64,000 bases of DNA from Podarcis liolepis (taxonomy: Eukaryota), in NCBI GenBank assembly GCA_965112155.1, contig OZ218099.1; one strand, 5' to 3'. Below the pieces are notes generated by a model that was given only the letters and a program-made list of their open reading frames with translations, made no database searches and was not told where the DNA came from. Within the stretch, counting starts at the first letter, position 1; each line of letters begins with the position of its first letter. Shown one piece after another: positions 10,701 to 21,950 of the stretch. The position numbers and the translations under genes were made by a program.

Positions 10701-13700
10701 TAAGGCCTTTTGCATGTTTGGTTTTTTTAAATGTCCCAGGGACTGATTCCTCAATGCCACCTTTTCATCTTCCTTTCTTCATTCCATTCCTTCATGCAAC
10801 TAGTACTGTGAGATGTGACTGACAGCTCAAAGGACTAGGCTACTAAACCCTACTAATTCGGGGTATGATGCCAGAAATAAATGTTGTTCTTTTTTAACTT
10901 TGCATACTACAATCTTAATGGTTGTGTAATTATACACTTTAAATCTGATAGACATACATAACTGTAGTAGAAACAGGTTATCAGAATTAAGAACTGCCCT
11001 CCATGGTTCCTGAAAATAATCAGATTGTGGTTGGAAGCTTGGCAGAGTAAAATAAACTTGCCAAAACAAATACATTTAATTTCTTGACTTTTAATGATAT
11101 TAACTGATATGTTTCCACACAGTTGGTTTTTGATGCTTAAGTGTAAGCCAAATAATTTCAGTTAATAACCTGCATGTTTGCCTGATACCTGTAAAACTAT
11201 TAGATTGTTATAAAACAAGGGATGGAGGATCTGTTACCATGGATATTGAAATAAAATCAGATATTACTTGATTAGCTTCTTAAACAGAGGCTGAAATAAT
11301 GCCAAAATTTCAACTAGGGGAGGGCTACAATGATTACTTAGTATTGGAAAAAGATGCTGCAGTGCTCTTTAGTTTCCTCCCTAAATGCTACTCCTGCCAA
11401 AATGAAAAAATGTGAATATGGAACCATTTGTCTGCCTTGAAGACAGCCACTATCTTCTTCCTTCCTACCCAAGCCCTGTAGCTCTCCGTGTCCAACAGAA
11501 AACATGGTAGTTTTATGCAACGTGTTAATTTAATGTAGATAAATTAATGCAGATTAGCCCCTTGCGTAGGCACTGTTAATCCATACTAAGAGACTTAATT
11601 AAATGCAGCCTGTTTGGAGCAAGGTTAAATGTAAATGAGCAAACAACATTTTCTCTTTTTTTAAAGAGTATCTACCCAGGACCTTAGATACTTTTTGCAG
11701 AGGATTTGTGCCTGTTTGAAGAGAGATACATTTATACAATGTCAGAATAGGAGAAACCAAGTACAAAGCCATTTATCACGCATAGATCAGAATGTGATAT
11801 GGAAAGAAAATTATATAAGCTATTACAATGTAAGAAGAAAAATGGAAGGCTTGGCTTTTGTATTTTATTGATTTTAATGATTTACAGTGGCAAAAAATAT
11901 ACAAATCTGAAGATACTTTTATGTAGTCTCTGGGGTCTTCATGAATTCATGAAACCAGATTTTGTCCTTCAGCACTGGACAGGTAGTTTTAAAAATGTGA
12001 TAGTCAAAGTACTATAAATTATAAACATTTTAACAAGCAGATAAATTAAAAGGTTACATTTTGAGTGACTGTGTATCAAAATCTATGAGTTTTAAATATG
12101 CAATTATTACCCCAGCCCGCCCCAAGAGTTTACTTAAGTGTCTCATATGAGCCCTTAATAATCCCTTTCTGTCCCCTGACCTTTACAGGAGGAAAAAAGG
12201 GCCACTCTACTGCTATAGAAGCCCTAGGTCTGAAATTCTGACTCAGTCGCTAAATAAGCATACAGACAGAATAAAAATGAGTAGTCATCTTGTTCAGAAT
12301 CAGGGGAGAGAGGGGGGGAAAATTGCTACAGGGAAGAAGAAGAAAAGTTGTTTCCTAAAATAAAGATTAAAAAAACTAAAGAAGAAATAATAAGAAGAAA
12401 TAAGGCGATACTGAAACAGCAGCATATTGTGTAGCTAGGGTACTGGTGGGTAGCCTGGTTCTATTTTGTTGTGGTTATTAAAAGAACTACATATGCATTC
12501 CTCATCTACAATTGGAAAACTGCTTTAATGATTGGGAGTAGGAGTCGATTGCTTAATCCAGAGATGTCATTGGCACAAGCCAATAGGCAGCTGAAGTATG
12601 CAACATTTTGGACAATTCTAATAAGCCCTAGAAATAATCAAGTGCAGTGCATAACATGTAATATTTCTCTCTGTCTCCTCTGAAAGGTTTTTTCACATAT
12701 AGTTTGAAGCCTGTACAACGAACACTGCAAAAGCAGTCTGACTAAAGCCCTCGTGGATAATCTTAGTAATAATAAAGTACACATGCTACCACCCATTGCC
12801 CTAAAAATCTGGTGCCCATTTAAAAAATGGGGTGGGGGCATGGCTGTCCCTAGCAGCTTCTGCATGCAAAGTGGGTGCTTTTCCACTGGCCCTTCCCTAT
12901 ATATTGGACTTTTTAAAAAAACAAAAATGGGTTGGTACTATTAAAGTGATTTAACATAGGCATTTCTCGCTTGGTCGCTTTCTAGAGTGAAAAAAAATGG
13001 CATGCTTTTAGTATTTTAAAATTTTGCCTTACCTCCTCCCATCCCTAGGTATTGATTACAAGACGACAACAATACTCCTGGATGGCCGTCGAATAAAGCT
13101 GCAGCTCTGGTAACTTTGCATTATGTTCTCTGTTTGGATTGTGCCATTGTGCTTTGAAAACAGTTCATAGTGGACGTAATACTGCTTGTATTTATATTTA
13201 CTGTAAAGTTGACTACAAATATTTAATTCTTATAACAGTTAAGAAGAGGTCATACTACCCACTAGCCTTTTGTACTAAAGAGCTATAGTTGAGGACAAGG
13301 GAGCAGTTGTGAAATTAATGGGTTTCTCTGTATATGTGCAAGAAGCCTAAGTAATATTAAATGATTGGTGAATATATTATAGGAGTACATAATCACCCAT
13401 GTAGATTCAGTGAATGATCCTGCTGAAACGCATGATGTCCATGTGGTTTAGTGGTTAAAGTACTGGACTCAGACCTGGAAGACTAGGGTTCAAATTCCCA
13501 GTTACCCATGAAGCTCACTGGATGATCTTGGACCAGTCTCTGTCTTTCAGCCTCACGTACCTAACATACCTAACCTGGACTGCTTTTCCCACTAAGGCAA
13601 AGGGTAGAATACTAATAAAGAGAGCAAAACAGAAAGACCAGATAAGAATTCAACAAGAACACTGTTATTCAGAATGGAAAGGTCTATGTATTTTTAACTG

Positions 13701-16700
13701 TATTTTACCTCCACAGGGACACATCTGGGCAAGGCAGATTCTGCACCATATTTCGTTCCTATTCCAGAGGGGCCCAGGTAATCACAATTCTGCCATCTCT
13801 AAAATATGTCACTGTAAAGAATTAACTAAAAAGAAAAGAGCTACAATAAGGGGTGGGGGAACTATACTTACTTATTGTACTACTTGCTTTCAAGAATTGT
13901 TATACAATTTGTTGCTGCTGAATAAAGGGAGCATCCTTTGAGTCACCAGAAATAAATTATTTTAGAGAAATGTTCAGATTTGTTAAGTCCTCAGTCTGCT
14001 CCTCTTTTTCCTGGTTAAATAAAGGAATGGTTACACAAAATTGTGTGATGTACTGTGTACCTTATATATGTGTCAGGCTGATCTAATCTTCTTTATTCAC
14101 TCAGGGCGTGATATTGGTATATGATATTACAAATCGCTGGTCATTTGATGGCATTGATCGATGGATAAAGGAAATAGATGAGGTAAGACACATCTCTGAA
14201 TGTTTCATATAATGCCTAAGAAAATGATTGAACTACATGATGACTGAATGAGATGGCTAGAATGTGGGTAGCTGAAAACTCATGACAAATCCACTTGAAG
14301 GTGGCCTAAAACCCATTTGAAAGAGTTTGCAGGGAGCTTTCTTTTCTGCCATCAAAAGACTGTGTCACCTTAGAGTTGCTGTGGGTGCCAAATGGATACC
14401 TAACTGCATGTCTTGACTATCGAGGGAAGTAACGTAATTCACAGCTTGCTGTGACATGTGAGACATTTTGCAGATAAAATTGCTTATATCCTGTTTGCCT
14501 TAAAGTCATTCCCTTTCTCAAACACTATATTTGGACTTGGATGACACCAACTCTTGTCCAGTTCCTGATCTTCCTCTTATAACATGCAGCAGGTGGCCTG
14601 TCAGATGATTCCAAGCATTCCTGGTGCTTATTCTACCTTGATCAATAGCAGTTTGATTTCTGGCTTGGTTTTCAAACTGGGACTGCTGTAGTTGCCTTGG
14701 TGAATGATTTTCATCTTCAGTTGGTTGTGGTAACTCTATCAGACACATTTGATATGATCGACCAGAAAGTTTATTCTTGAAACTTTTACATACCCATAAT
14801 TCTATGTTGAAGGGTTTTTTTAAAATAAAAATAAAAATTCTGCAACTTATATTTGGCAAAGCAGTACATTTTTTTACCACCTGCTGATTCTGTTTGGTTA
14901 TTATATTTTCTTGTATTGGGTTTTCTTGATGGAATCCACCTATAGCACAGCACTATGGACAAAGGGAATTTTGTTTGTTGTTACTGTTGTTGTTAATAAT
15001 CAGTATTTTGTTGAAGAAGAGGGTGAGAGACTTCTAAGCTAACATTTTGCTGTCTATCTTTACTTAGCATGCTCCTGGTGTACCCAAAATCCTTGTTGGC
15101 AACCGCCTGCATCTGGCCTTCAAACGACAAGTATCTACTGAGCAGGCACAGGCCTATGCTGAAAGATTAGGCATGACATTCTTTGAAGTAAGCCCACTCT
15201 GTAATTTCAACATCACAGAGTCCTTTACGGAACTTGCAAGGATTGTGTTAATGAGACATGGAATGGACCGGCTGTGGAGGCCAAACAAAGGTAAGTAACA
15301 CAAAATCATTTGCTTTATTGCAGCGGGGCGTCTAACTCATGAGCCAGCTCTGGGCCAGCAAGCCACAGGAAGTGGTCCACTAGCCCCATGAAGCTTTTAT
15401 CTCCTCATATCAGTGTTGTGACGCTGAGCACAAGATGAGGAGCTAATCTTTAAAGAACAGGCAGAGAGAATTGAAAAGGAATAGGAAGACTTTTGCCCCA
15501 CTCAAAGAGAGAGTGAGAGAGTATTGTGTATGTGTTTGCGTGAGAGAATGCTGTGTGCTTGCAGATGTGGTGAGTGTGGGGTATGTGTGTGTGTGTGTGT
15601 GAGAGCGCTCTGTTTGTGCACACATGCAGCATAAATTTACATTGGCCGTGCTGGGGAGCTATGTTAAAAAACTAATGGTGTTGAGCAGTATGCAGGTTGT
15701 AGATTAGCCACCCTGCTGTAAACAGTATGACAATTGAGCGCCAAACTTGGGAGCACCCTTCCTCCCCGCTCGCTTCCCTTGTCTGCTTTAACCATGCTTA
15801 GCATTACATCTGTACTAGTACTGGACATGGTTAATATTTACAATTTCCAGAGAGTGAGTCATGCTAGTCTCTTGCAGCAAAAACAACAGAGTCTTGAACA
15901 AATTTATCATGGCAAAATCTTTCACTTCATCAGATGCACAAAGGAAACCGGTGCTTCATATTACCTCAGGTGTGATAGATATGTTGGAAAGGCTTATAAA
16001 TTGATAGCTCTCCTTCTCTAAGGTGGAAGGAAGGAGAATTTCTACCCCTAAATAATTTGAATAAGTACCTGCAAGCTATACATGGGTTGTTAGAGAAAAG
16101 GAGGTGACTAAAGTGGATGTTCAAGCACCGTTTACCTAAAATTTACTTCAGTGGGCCCCTGGAATTATGCTGCCATCTAGAGCTGGAGGTTGTAGTATTG
16201 CTTCAATTTAATTTAATTTATCTATCTATTTATTTATTTATTTGGCTGTTTTTCTTTTCAGGGGGAGGGTTGTGTGTTGTTAGAATTTTTTGTATTTTCT
16301 TCTTCCCCATTTTCCCCTTGTTAAATTGTTGCAACATCACCTTTATTCATGGAGGCAAGCCATAGTTATGGGGATTCAAGGTAGAATTAGGAAGGAACTT
16401 CAGAAGCAGTGAAAAGAAACAGAACCCGAGAGCTCTGAAAAATACAGTGAAGTCAAAGCTGTGCACTCGTGTCACCTTGTGGCTATTTAGAATCATGTTA
16501 TGACTAATCTTAATTCATGTTTTTGTTTCTTGTTTTAAGTCCTGAGTTTGCAAGATCTTTGTTGCCGCGCCATAGTTTCATGCACCCCAGTGCACCTTGT
16601 GGACAAACTTCCACTCCCTGTTGCCTTAAGAAGCCATCTCAAATCGTTCTCTATGGCCAATGGACTTAATGCTCGGATGATGCACGGACGTTCCTACTCT

Positions 16701-16811
16701 CTCACTGCCAGCAACAACAACAAAAGAAATAGTCTGAAGAAAGCCAAAATTATCCGTCCACTCCAGAGCCCTCCGAAACACTGCACCAGAAATAGCTGTA
16801 AAATCTCCTAA
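1531..16811 (+). CDS. RAB40B: Ras-related protein Rab-40B (SOCS-box Rab GTPase), whole gene span, 6 coding exons, 278 aa
   Basis: join(1531-1672,13049-13109,13717-13777,14105-14182,15068-15290,16540-16811) = 837 nt in frame. P-loop [17 protein letters not shown], Rab40-type GNRLH, SOCS box [13 protein letters not shown]-terminal CKIS. Called B rather than C from synteny with WDR45B and FOXK2. Confidence 0.95.
2808..2971. mobile_element. hAT-type MITE
   Basis: Imperfect TIRs CACTGTCGGAGGAAG / CTAGCTCCGCCTCTG. 8-bp TSD AGTAGATA (2800-2807) / AGTGGATA (2972-2979). Internal duplicated CACCCCCCTGGGATGC-like unit. Confidence 0.75.
3316..3554. mobile_element. Tc1/mariner (Tigger/pogo-like) MITE, family A
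   Basis: TA-CAGTGGTACCTC ... GAGGTATGACTG-TA; TA TSD; homologous in inverted orientation to 32978-33190. Confidence 0.85.
6553..7135 (-). mobile_element. CR1 LINE 3' end fragment, split by the hAT element at 6606-7096
   Basis: TCATAGAATC...GGTCATCTAGTC | CAATCCCCTGCAATG is the reverse complement of the CR1 tail seen forward at 52368-52450. Confidence 0.7.
6606..7096. mobile_element. Non-autonomous hAT-type DNA transposon with GC-rich gene-like cargo
   Basis: TIR CAGTGTTTCCCAA at both ends (13/13, 15/16 extended). Repeated subterminal TGTGCCG motifs. Target core TCTAGTC duplicated (ATCTAGTC left, AATTCTAGTC right). Confidence 0.85.
8680..9060 (-). mobile_element. Old L2 LINE reverse-transcriptase remnant
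   Basis: Minus-strand translation has [14 protein letters not shown] and a decayed H-x-YADD-like segment (HCYTNDF) across frameshifts. The purine-rich flanks 8200-9650 may belong to it. Confidence 0.55.
9664..9844. mobile_element. Palindromic MITE, probably PIF/Harbinger
   Basis: Ends GACAGTGTCCACACTATAC / GTATAGTGTGTATACTGCC; internal arms AAGCACATTC / GAATGTGCTT and AAGAATTCTG / CAGAATTCTT; TAA on both sides. Confidence 0.7.
13049..13109 (+). CDS. RAB40B: RAB40B coding exon 2
   Basis: ccctag|; (G)[19 protein letters not shown](W); |gtaact; 61 nt. Confidence 0.95.
13441..13575 (+). mobile_element. Decayed tRNA-derived (MIR/Squam-like) SINE
   Basis: A box TGGTTTAGTGG, B box GGTTCAAATTCC, then CORE-like ...CTCTGTCTTTCAGCCTC. 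Confidence 0.65.
13717..13777 (+). CDS. RAB40B: RAB40B coding exon 3
   Basis: ccacag|; [20 protein letters not shown]; |gtaatc; 61 nt. Confidence 0.95.
14105..14182 (+). CDS. RAB40B: RAB40B coding exon 4
   Basis: actcag|; [26 protein letters not shown]; |gtaaga; 78 nt. Confidence 0.95.
15068..15290 (+). CDS. RAB40B: RAB40B coding exon 5
   Basis: acttag|; [22 protein letters not shown]...DRLWRPNK; |gtaagt; 223 nt. Confidence 0.95.
15585..15601. repeat. (GT)n microsatellite
   Basis: Direct GT run inside a GT/GA-rich patch 15500-15625. Confidence 0.8.
15845..15938 (-). mobile_element. Deleted Penelope-like element terminal fragment
   Basis: GCAGCAAAAACAACAGAGTCTTG...AACAAATTTAT...CACTTCATCAGATGCA matches the layout of reptile PLE ends as I recall them. 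Minus strand reads CTGATGA-AGT-GAAA, a hammerhead core with stem II lost. Confidence 0.5.
16540..16811 (+). CDS. RAB40B: RAB40B coding exon 6 (SOCS box and prenylation tail)
   Basis: Branch-like TGACTAAT at 16501, acceptor ttttaag|; [18 protein letters not shown]...CTRNSCKIS*; TAA at 16809-16811. Confidence 0.95.
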
Positions 16812-17595
16812 GCCTCTGCTTGGAAAGGTTTGGGCCAGAGCCTTTAACACAAGGACTCATAGTCAGGTCTGTTGTATGTATTGCATTACAGAAACAGAAC
16901 AAAAAAATTGCTATTTTAGAGTCATTTGTTTTAAATAATGCTGCTTCCAGATGTGTGATGCACTCTGTGCAAACAAAGGGATGTGAAACTTTGCTGTTGG
17001 GTTTTTTATATATCATTTTTTTGATGTGCATGAAGACTTTGTGTGTTTTATAAAGGGAATAATTTATCACACTACTCAGCTTTCGATGACACTAAATCTC
17101 AGAAGTGAGTTGTTTTAATTGCTCAAATATTGTTTAATCACTACATTTTATTAGCAGTTAAATAGGAATCAGTGTCAGTCTGTAGATGCAGGCAGTTTTT
17201 TAAACCACAATGTATTGTATACATTGTAAAAGCTACAAATTCTGTAGTGAAACAATTATTTGTGATGTTGCAGTAGAGCATCTGAAAATGGTTTTGTACT
17301 GTTTCCTCAGTGATTTTGAAGCACTGCTTTGAGCTACCAGTGTGTAAATGCAATATACACAAGATTTTCTCCCATCCATGTATAAAATATTTGATAAAAG
17401 TTTTGCTATGTTGTTTAGGGATTAATCTGTGGTTTATATGCTTATTTTTCTGGTAAATCTACATTTTTGTAATGGATATTCTAGTGATCAGTTATATTGC
17501 AAAATAAGCCAAAGACATCAGATGTATTTGCCACATAGCAGTAAGAAAAATGTGATTTGAAAAGCTGCTTTATCGGGGAAAGGACGCTATTTAAA

Positions 17596-17601
17596 AATAA
17601 A
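17596..17601 (+). terminator. Probable RAB40B polyadenylation signal AATAAA
   Basis: AATAAA about 790 nt after the stop, followed by U/GU-rich sequence. Confidence 0.5.
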
Positions 17602-17772
17602 ACTCTTTTTAAAAGCTCTAAAAAGTGCTGGTGGAGTGGTTTTTCCTAGTTAAATATTTTCCTGGTCTCCCAAGACTTGAGGTAATGACTTTCATTTATA
17701 ATTTGTTCAAGACTTGATTAAAGGGTCATCTCCTACCAGTTTTATCTGTGAAGTCAGGAAGATGCTTTCATT

Positions 17773-17846
17773 GAACAGCTGCCCAGAATGGCTGGGGCAA
17801 CCCAGTGAGATGGGTGGCGGCAAATAATAAATTTATTATTATTATT
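17773..17846 (+). mobile_element. L2-type LINE 3' tail
   Basis: GCTGCCCAGAATGGCTGGGGCAACCCAGTGAGATGGG...(ATT)n; inverted relative at 56085-56210. Confidence 0.55.
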
Positions 17847-18199
17847 GGCTGATAGTTGGTTTTTAAGTAAACTGGGGATATTTTTCCACTGCTGTGCTGT
17901 TCTGTTTTCAACTTATTTTGTTTTAATATGGTTTTGCTTTTTATTTTATATTGTACAGTTTGATTTGAACTGAAAACATTTCTGATGGTGTATTATTTTA
18001 TTTTTTTACTCTGTTTTTCCTTTACTGGGCAGAGTTCTCTTAAGAACAACTTTCCTCTGTTAGTTACCCCCTTGGCTGCCCCCACCATCTTCCAGGTGAA
18101 CAACCAGATACCATCAATAACACCTGTTGTTTCAGAGCTGCTACTGCAAGGGCAATATCATCTGCCTATGAATCTTAATTTATTATTGCAATCTACTAT

Positions 18200-18930
18200 A
18201 GGAACATAAGATGCTGGACCAGACCAAAGGCCCACCTGTTCTCACAGTGACCAATGAGATGCCTCTGGGAAGTCCACAAGCAGGACATTAGCACAATAGC
18301 ACTCTTCTTCACTTGTGCTCCTCAGCAATTAGTATTCAAAGGCATACCACCTTATGATACTGGAGGCAAAAAAGGCCATTAAATTGATAGAAAAATTATG
18401 GAGAATAAGGCGAAATTAACTCTTAAAGTCATCCAAGTTGGTGGCTATTGCTATATCATACAGTAGCTAATTCCACAGTAGCTAATTTTAATCACCGTTT
18501 TTGTAAATTGAAAAGCCCCAAGTGAAGTAAGCTTTCTGCATAGAGTTGTTCCAGCCCCTTGATCTTATTGGTTTCTCTTTTCTGCATCTTTTCCAGCTCT
18601 GCAGTATCATCTTTGAGATGAGCAGGATTTCAAGTACAACACACAAGATTTACACTTTCACTGAGTTATCCACCACAACCCCAAATATATTTCCTGCTCA
18701 ATCACCACCGGTTCAGTGTAAATGAGAAATTAGGGTGCTGTTGTTTTTTTGCTCTAATATACATCACTTTACACTTGCTTACACGGAATTACATTCACCA
18801 TTTTAATGTCTATCCAGTCTGGAGAGATGGTCGCGAGTTCCTAACAATCCCTTTTCGTTTTTACCAGCCTACACAGTTTGCTGCCATCAGCAAAGTTGTT
18901 GACCTCATTGCTCACCCCCAATTCAAGACT
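18200..18930 (-). mobile_element. Decayed CR1 LINE 3' region
   Basis: Starts with GAACATAAGA, the reverse of the TCTTATGTTC tail; patchy inverted homology to 23000-23982. Confidence 0.65.
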
Positions 18931-19415
18931 GAATGTCTTAATTGGTACCCCTAGGCAAAGGTACTCAGAGCTTTTCTTCTCTTGTCTTTTTAAATTAAAA
19001 AACCAAAACAAATCCAGCCTTTAGCCCTCCTAGAAAGTAAGTTATGAAGCAAAATAGGCAGGTACCCAGTTTCTGTGAAATGAGCCAACCTGGCTGCTCC
19101 TGCCAGTCAGTATTTTTAGCCAATGAGTGAAGTCAAAGCTGTGATTGATAAGTGATTTGTTTGAAAACCAGCAATAGGAATTCCTGGAGTCGGCAGGATC
19201 CGCTGTTTCTCTGTCTCATGTTTGAAAAGCAGTATTCAAAAATAAAATTATTGCCAAGCATAAGCAAAATACACTTGCCAAGCCAACACACCACACCTCC
19301 ATGTCACTTCATGTTCCTAATTGTGAAAGTGCTTGATGAAGAAGAAAGGGAGGAAATCATTTCCTAAGCACAGTGAACCACAAATGGAACACCAGAACAG
19401 AAATTGTAGTACTGT

Positions 19416-19625
19416 GTTGTTGTTGTTTAGTCATTTAGTCGTTTCCGACTCTTCGTGACCCCATGGACCAGAGCACGCCAGGCACTCCTGTCTTCCACTG
19501 CCTTCTGCAGTTTGGTCAAACTCATGCTGGTAGCTTCGAGAACACTATCCAACCATCTTGTCCTCTGTCGTCCCCTTCTCCTTGTGCCCTCCATCTTTCC
19601 CAACATCAGTGTCTTTTCCAGGGAG
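19416..19625 (-). mobile_element. BovB (RTE) LINE, 5'-truncated 3' end
   Basis: (GTT)n tail then TTTAGTCGTTTCCGACTCTTCGTGACCCCATGGAC...CCATCTTTCCCAACATCAG..TCTTTTCCA; perfect 12-bp TSD TTGTAGTACTGT at 19404-19415 and 19626-19637. Confidence 0.9.
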
Positions 19626-20079
19626 TTGTAGTACTGTATATGGTAGTATATACCATATACTACCCGTGTGTTATTGAAACCAGCAATGTCCTTTGATTAT
19701 ATATGCCTTATGAAAAATCTGTGGTCTGAGCACTTGAAGGTTTATTCCTCAGCACATTGTCTTAAGCACAGCAACATGTGAAGCATACTGTTATAGGTCT
19801 TTAGATGCTAAATGCCCGGGTTTAATATATGTTGGAATATAATTAGAACTGGGATCTTAAAATGTGTATTAGGTTCTGCAGACACACTTCAAAGCTCCTG
19901 ACACTAACATGTGAGAAGCTTAATGAAGGCAGACCCTGTGTGCTAAGTGGGTGCCAGCCATGGCTAACCCTGGAGAATCAACAAGTGTAAAAGTTAATTA
20001 AAAGGTAATTTCCTTGTGACAAGCCATTTAGGCGACACAAAGGGGTGAAAAGGTAAGCCTCATTTGCAAATGTGTGGCC

Positions 20080-20750
20080 CAGGGCTGGATTTAGGTTTGA
20101 TGAGACCCTAAGCTACTGAAGGTAATGGGGCTCTTTATATGTCCAGCTGTCCTTTGTCAACAACAAATTGTTGCTGTTTTTTGTTTCAGGTAGGTAGCTG
20201 TGTTGGTCTGACGCTGACGAAATAGATATAAAAAATTTAAAAAATATCCAGTAGCACCTTAGAGACCAACTACCAGTAAGTTAGTTCAGGGTATAAGCTT
20301 TCGTGTCCATGCACACTTCTTCAGACTTAACTGTCAGGGGTCCTTTACCTTTAAGGTGCAACTGGGCTGTTTTTTGTGTTGAATATATGCTATATGGTAA
20401 TTTATGGACCTAATAGGTATCTAAAGTCATTTGCACACACAAATACCTCGGGTTACAAACACCTGCTAACCCAGTACTACCTCGGGTTAAGAACTTTACC
20501 TCAGGATGAAAACTGTAATTGTGCTGCAGCAGCCGGAGGCCCCATTAGCTAAAGTGGTACCTCAGGTTAAGAACAGTTTCAGGTTAAGAACGGACACAAA
20601 ACACTGTTGCTGTATGTAAGTGCTGTTGTTTTTTTATATCTTATATTTTGGAAATGTACATCCAGTCCCCCCCCCTTTAATCTCCCCCCCCCCCAAGAGA
20701 GTGGGGCCCTAAATTATAGCTTGTTTAGCTTATACGTAAATCCGGCACTG
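20080..20750. mobile_element. hAT-like non-autonomous element carrying nested inserts (PLE fragment plus Sauria-SINE tail 20185-20365; Tc1 MITE fragment 20444-20593)
   Basis: TIRs CAGGGCTGGATTTA / TAAATCCGGCACTG. Inserts are flanked by direct repeats GCTGTTTTTTGT and ACACAAA. TSD is weak (GTGTGGCC / GTCGTGCC). Confidence 0.7.
20291..20326 (-). ncRNA. Minimal type I hammerhead ribozyme core in a Penelope-like fragment (probably degenerate)
   Basis: Minus strand: gt CTGAAGA A GTGT gcatgg ACAC GAAA GCTT ATAC. CUGANGA core, 4-bp stem II, GAAA, palindromic AGCU; the 5' strand of stem I is truncated. Confidence 0.6.
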
Positions 20751-20849
20751 GTCGTGCCTCATTCCCGAAGGAAAGACTAACTCTGGAGTAAGAAGCGCGT
20801 CTGCAACCTCTGGAATGGTGGTGACTTTACTGGGGGCTTTACTGGGTCC

Positions 20850-21950
20850 AACGGGTCTTTTGCCTCCTCGTAACGCCATGTAGGATCCCTTACCTCTCTT
20901 GCAAGGGCAGCGAAGGCGACACGCGATGGAGACCGTGAGAGGCGCGAGAAGAGAGCGCAGTCCGTTGCCCACCTTTCCTGGTGGCGCCAGCCAGGTGAGA
21001 GTCGGGCTGCTGATCGTTAGCTTGGCACTCCGCCGGGCGGCCTGCCTTGAGCGACGCGCTCTGCGCTCGCAAAGAGGGGGACGGACGTAGCAGGCTGGGG
21101 AATGGAAAGAGCCAAGCCGAGGAAGGCGGCGGCGGCCGGCGTTCGACAATTCGGCTCTCCTCTGGTCAGCCTGGGAAGGCTCATTGGACGCGCTCGGTGC
21201 TCGGCGCGGCGCCTGTCTAGTCCGGAAGGAATCGTGGCGCTGCCGCCCCCTCAGGCCAGTGACCCTCCCCCGATGGTGTGAAGGACCCCCCCCCCGTCCG
21301 CGGCTGCGGCCTTCCCCGGAGTCCGGCGCCATGAACCTGCTCCCAGCCAACCCGCACGGGAATGGGTTGCTGTTCGCCGGTTTCAACCAGGACCACGGTA
21401 AAGACCCTCGCGGGGCGCCGGGGGGTGGGACTCAGGGGTCCGCCTATCCGCCCGCGGGGGAGGCTTTCGGGCTTGGCGGGTTTCCTTTCCTCCCCCGTGT
21501 TCAGCGTCTCTAATGGGGTGAGGTTGGTAGAGGCGAAAGTTGAGTTTCTCGCCCCCACCCAAATAATTCCAGGCCTTCCGAGAGGAGGGAGGCGCAGGTC
21601 TCGAACCCGCGGCCAGCCTCGACGAATGCCTGGGCACAAAAAAGTGCGGGCGGGGAGGAGGGCTTTACCTTCCCTTCTTGGGGCGAAGAGAGGGGGCTGC
21701 CCTCTCCGGGCTCAAACACATCTCCTCTTTCCTCCCAGCAGCGTGCCTTTGTCCCTTAAGTTTGTGTTGCTTGGCACTCTCTGTTAACGTTGATGGGTGC
21801 CAATACTTCCCCCTTCGGCCTCGTCTCCCCCCTTTCCGTTTTCCGGCCTCTGAAAACGCGCGCTGGGGTGTTTATGGGGCGCAATCGGAGTCTGGTGTTT
21901 TGCAAAATGCGCGGGGAGGATCGGCCTCTGCCCAGAGACACCAAGGCAAG
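20850..21950. promoter_or_regulatory. CpG island / promoter of WDR45B
   Basis: CpG-rich block over the ATG at 21331; reverse CCAAT (ATTGG, 21183-21187); ETS-type CCGGAAG at about 21222. Confidence 0.85.
21331..21397 (+). CDS. WDR45B: WDR45B exon 1
   Basis: Kozak GGCGCCATGA; [23 protein letters not shown]|gtaaag. Confidence 0.95.

Noticed and set aside
21410-21480. G-quadruplex-capable runs at the start of WDR45B intron 1
   Set aside because: Common at CpG-island first introns; nothing specific can be supported.
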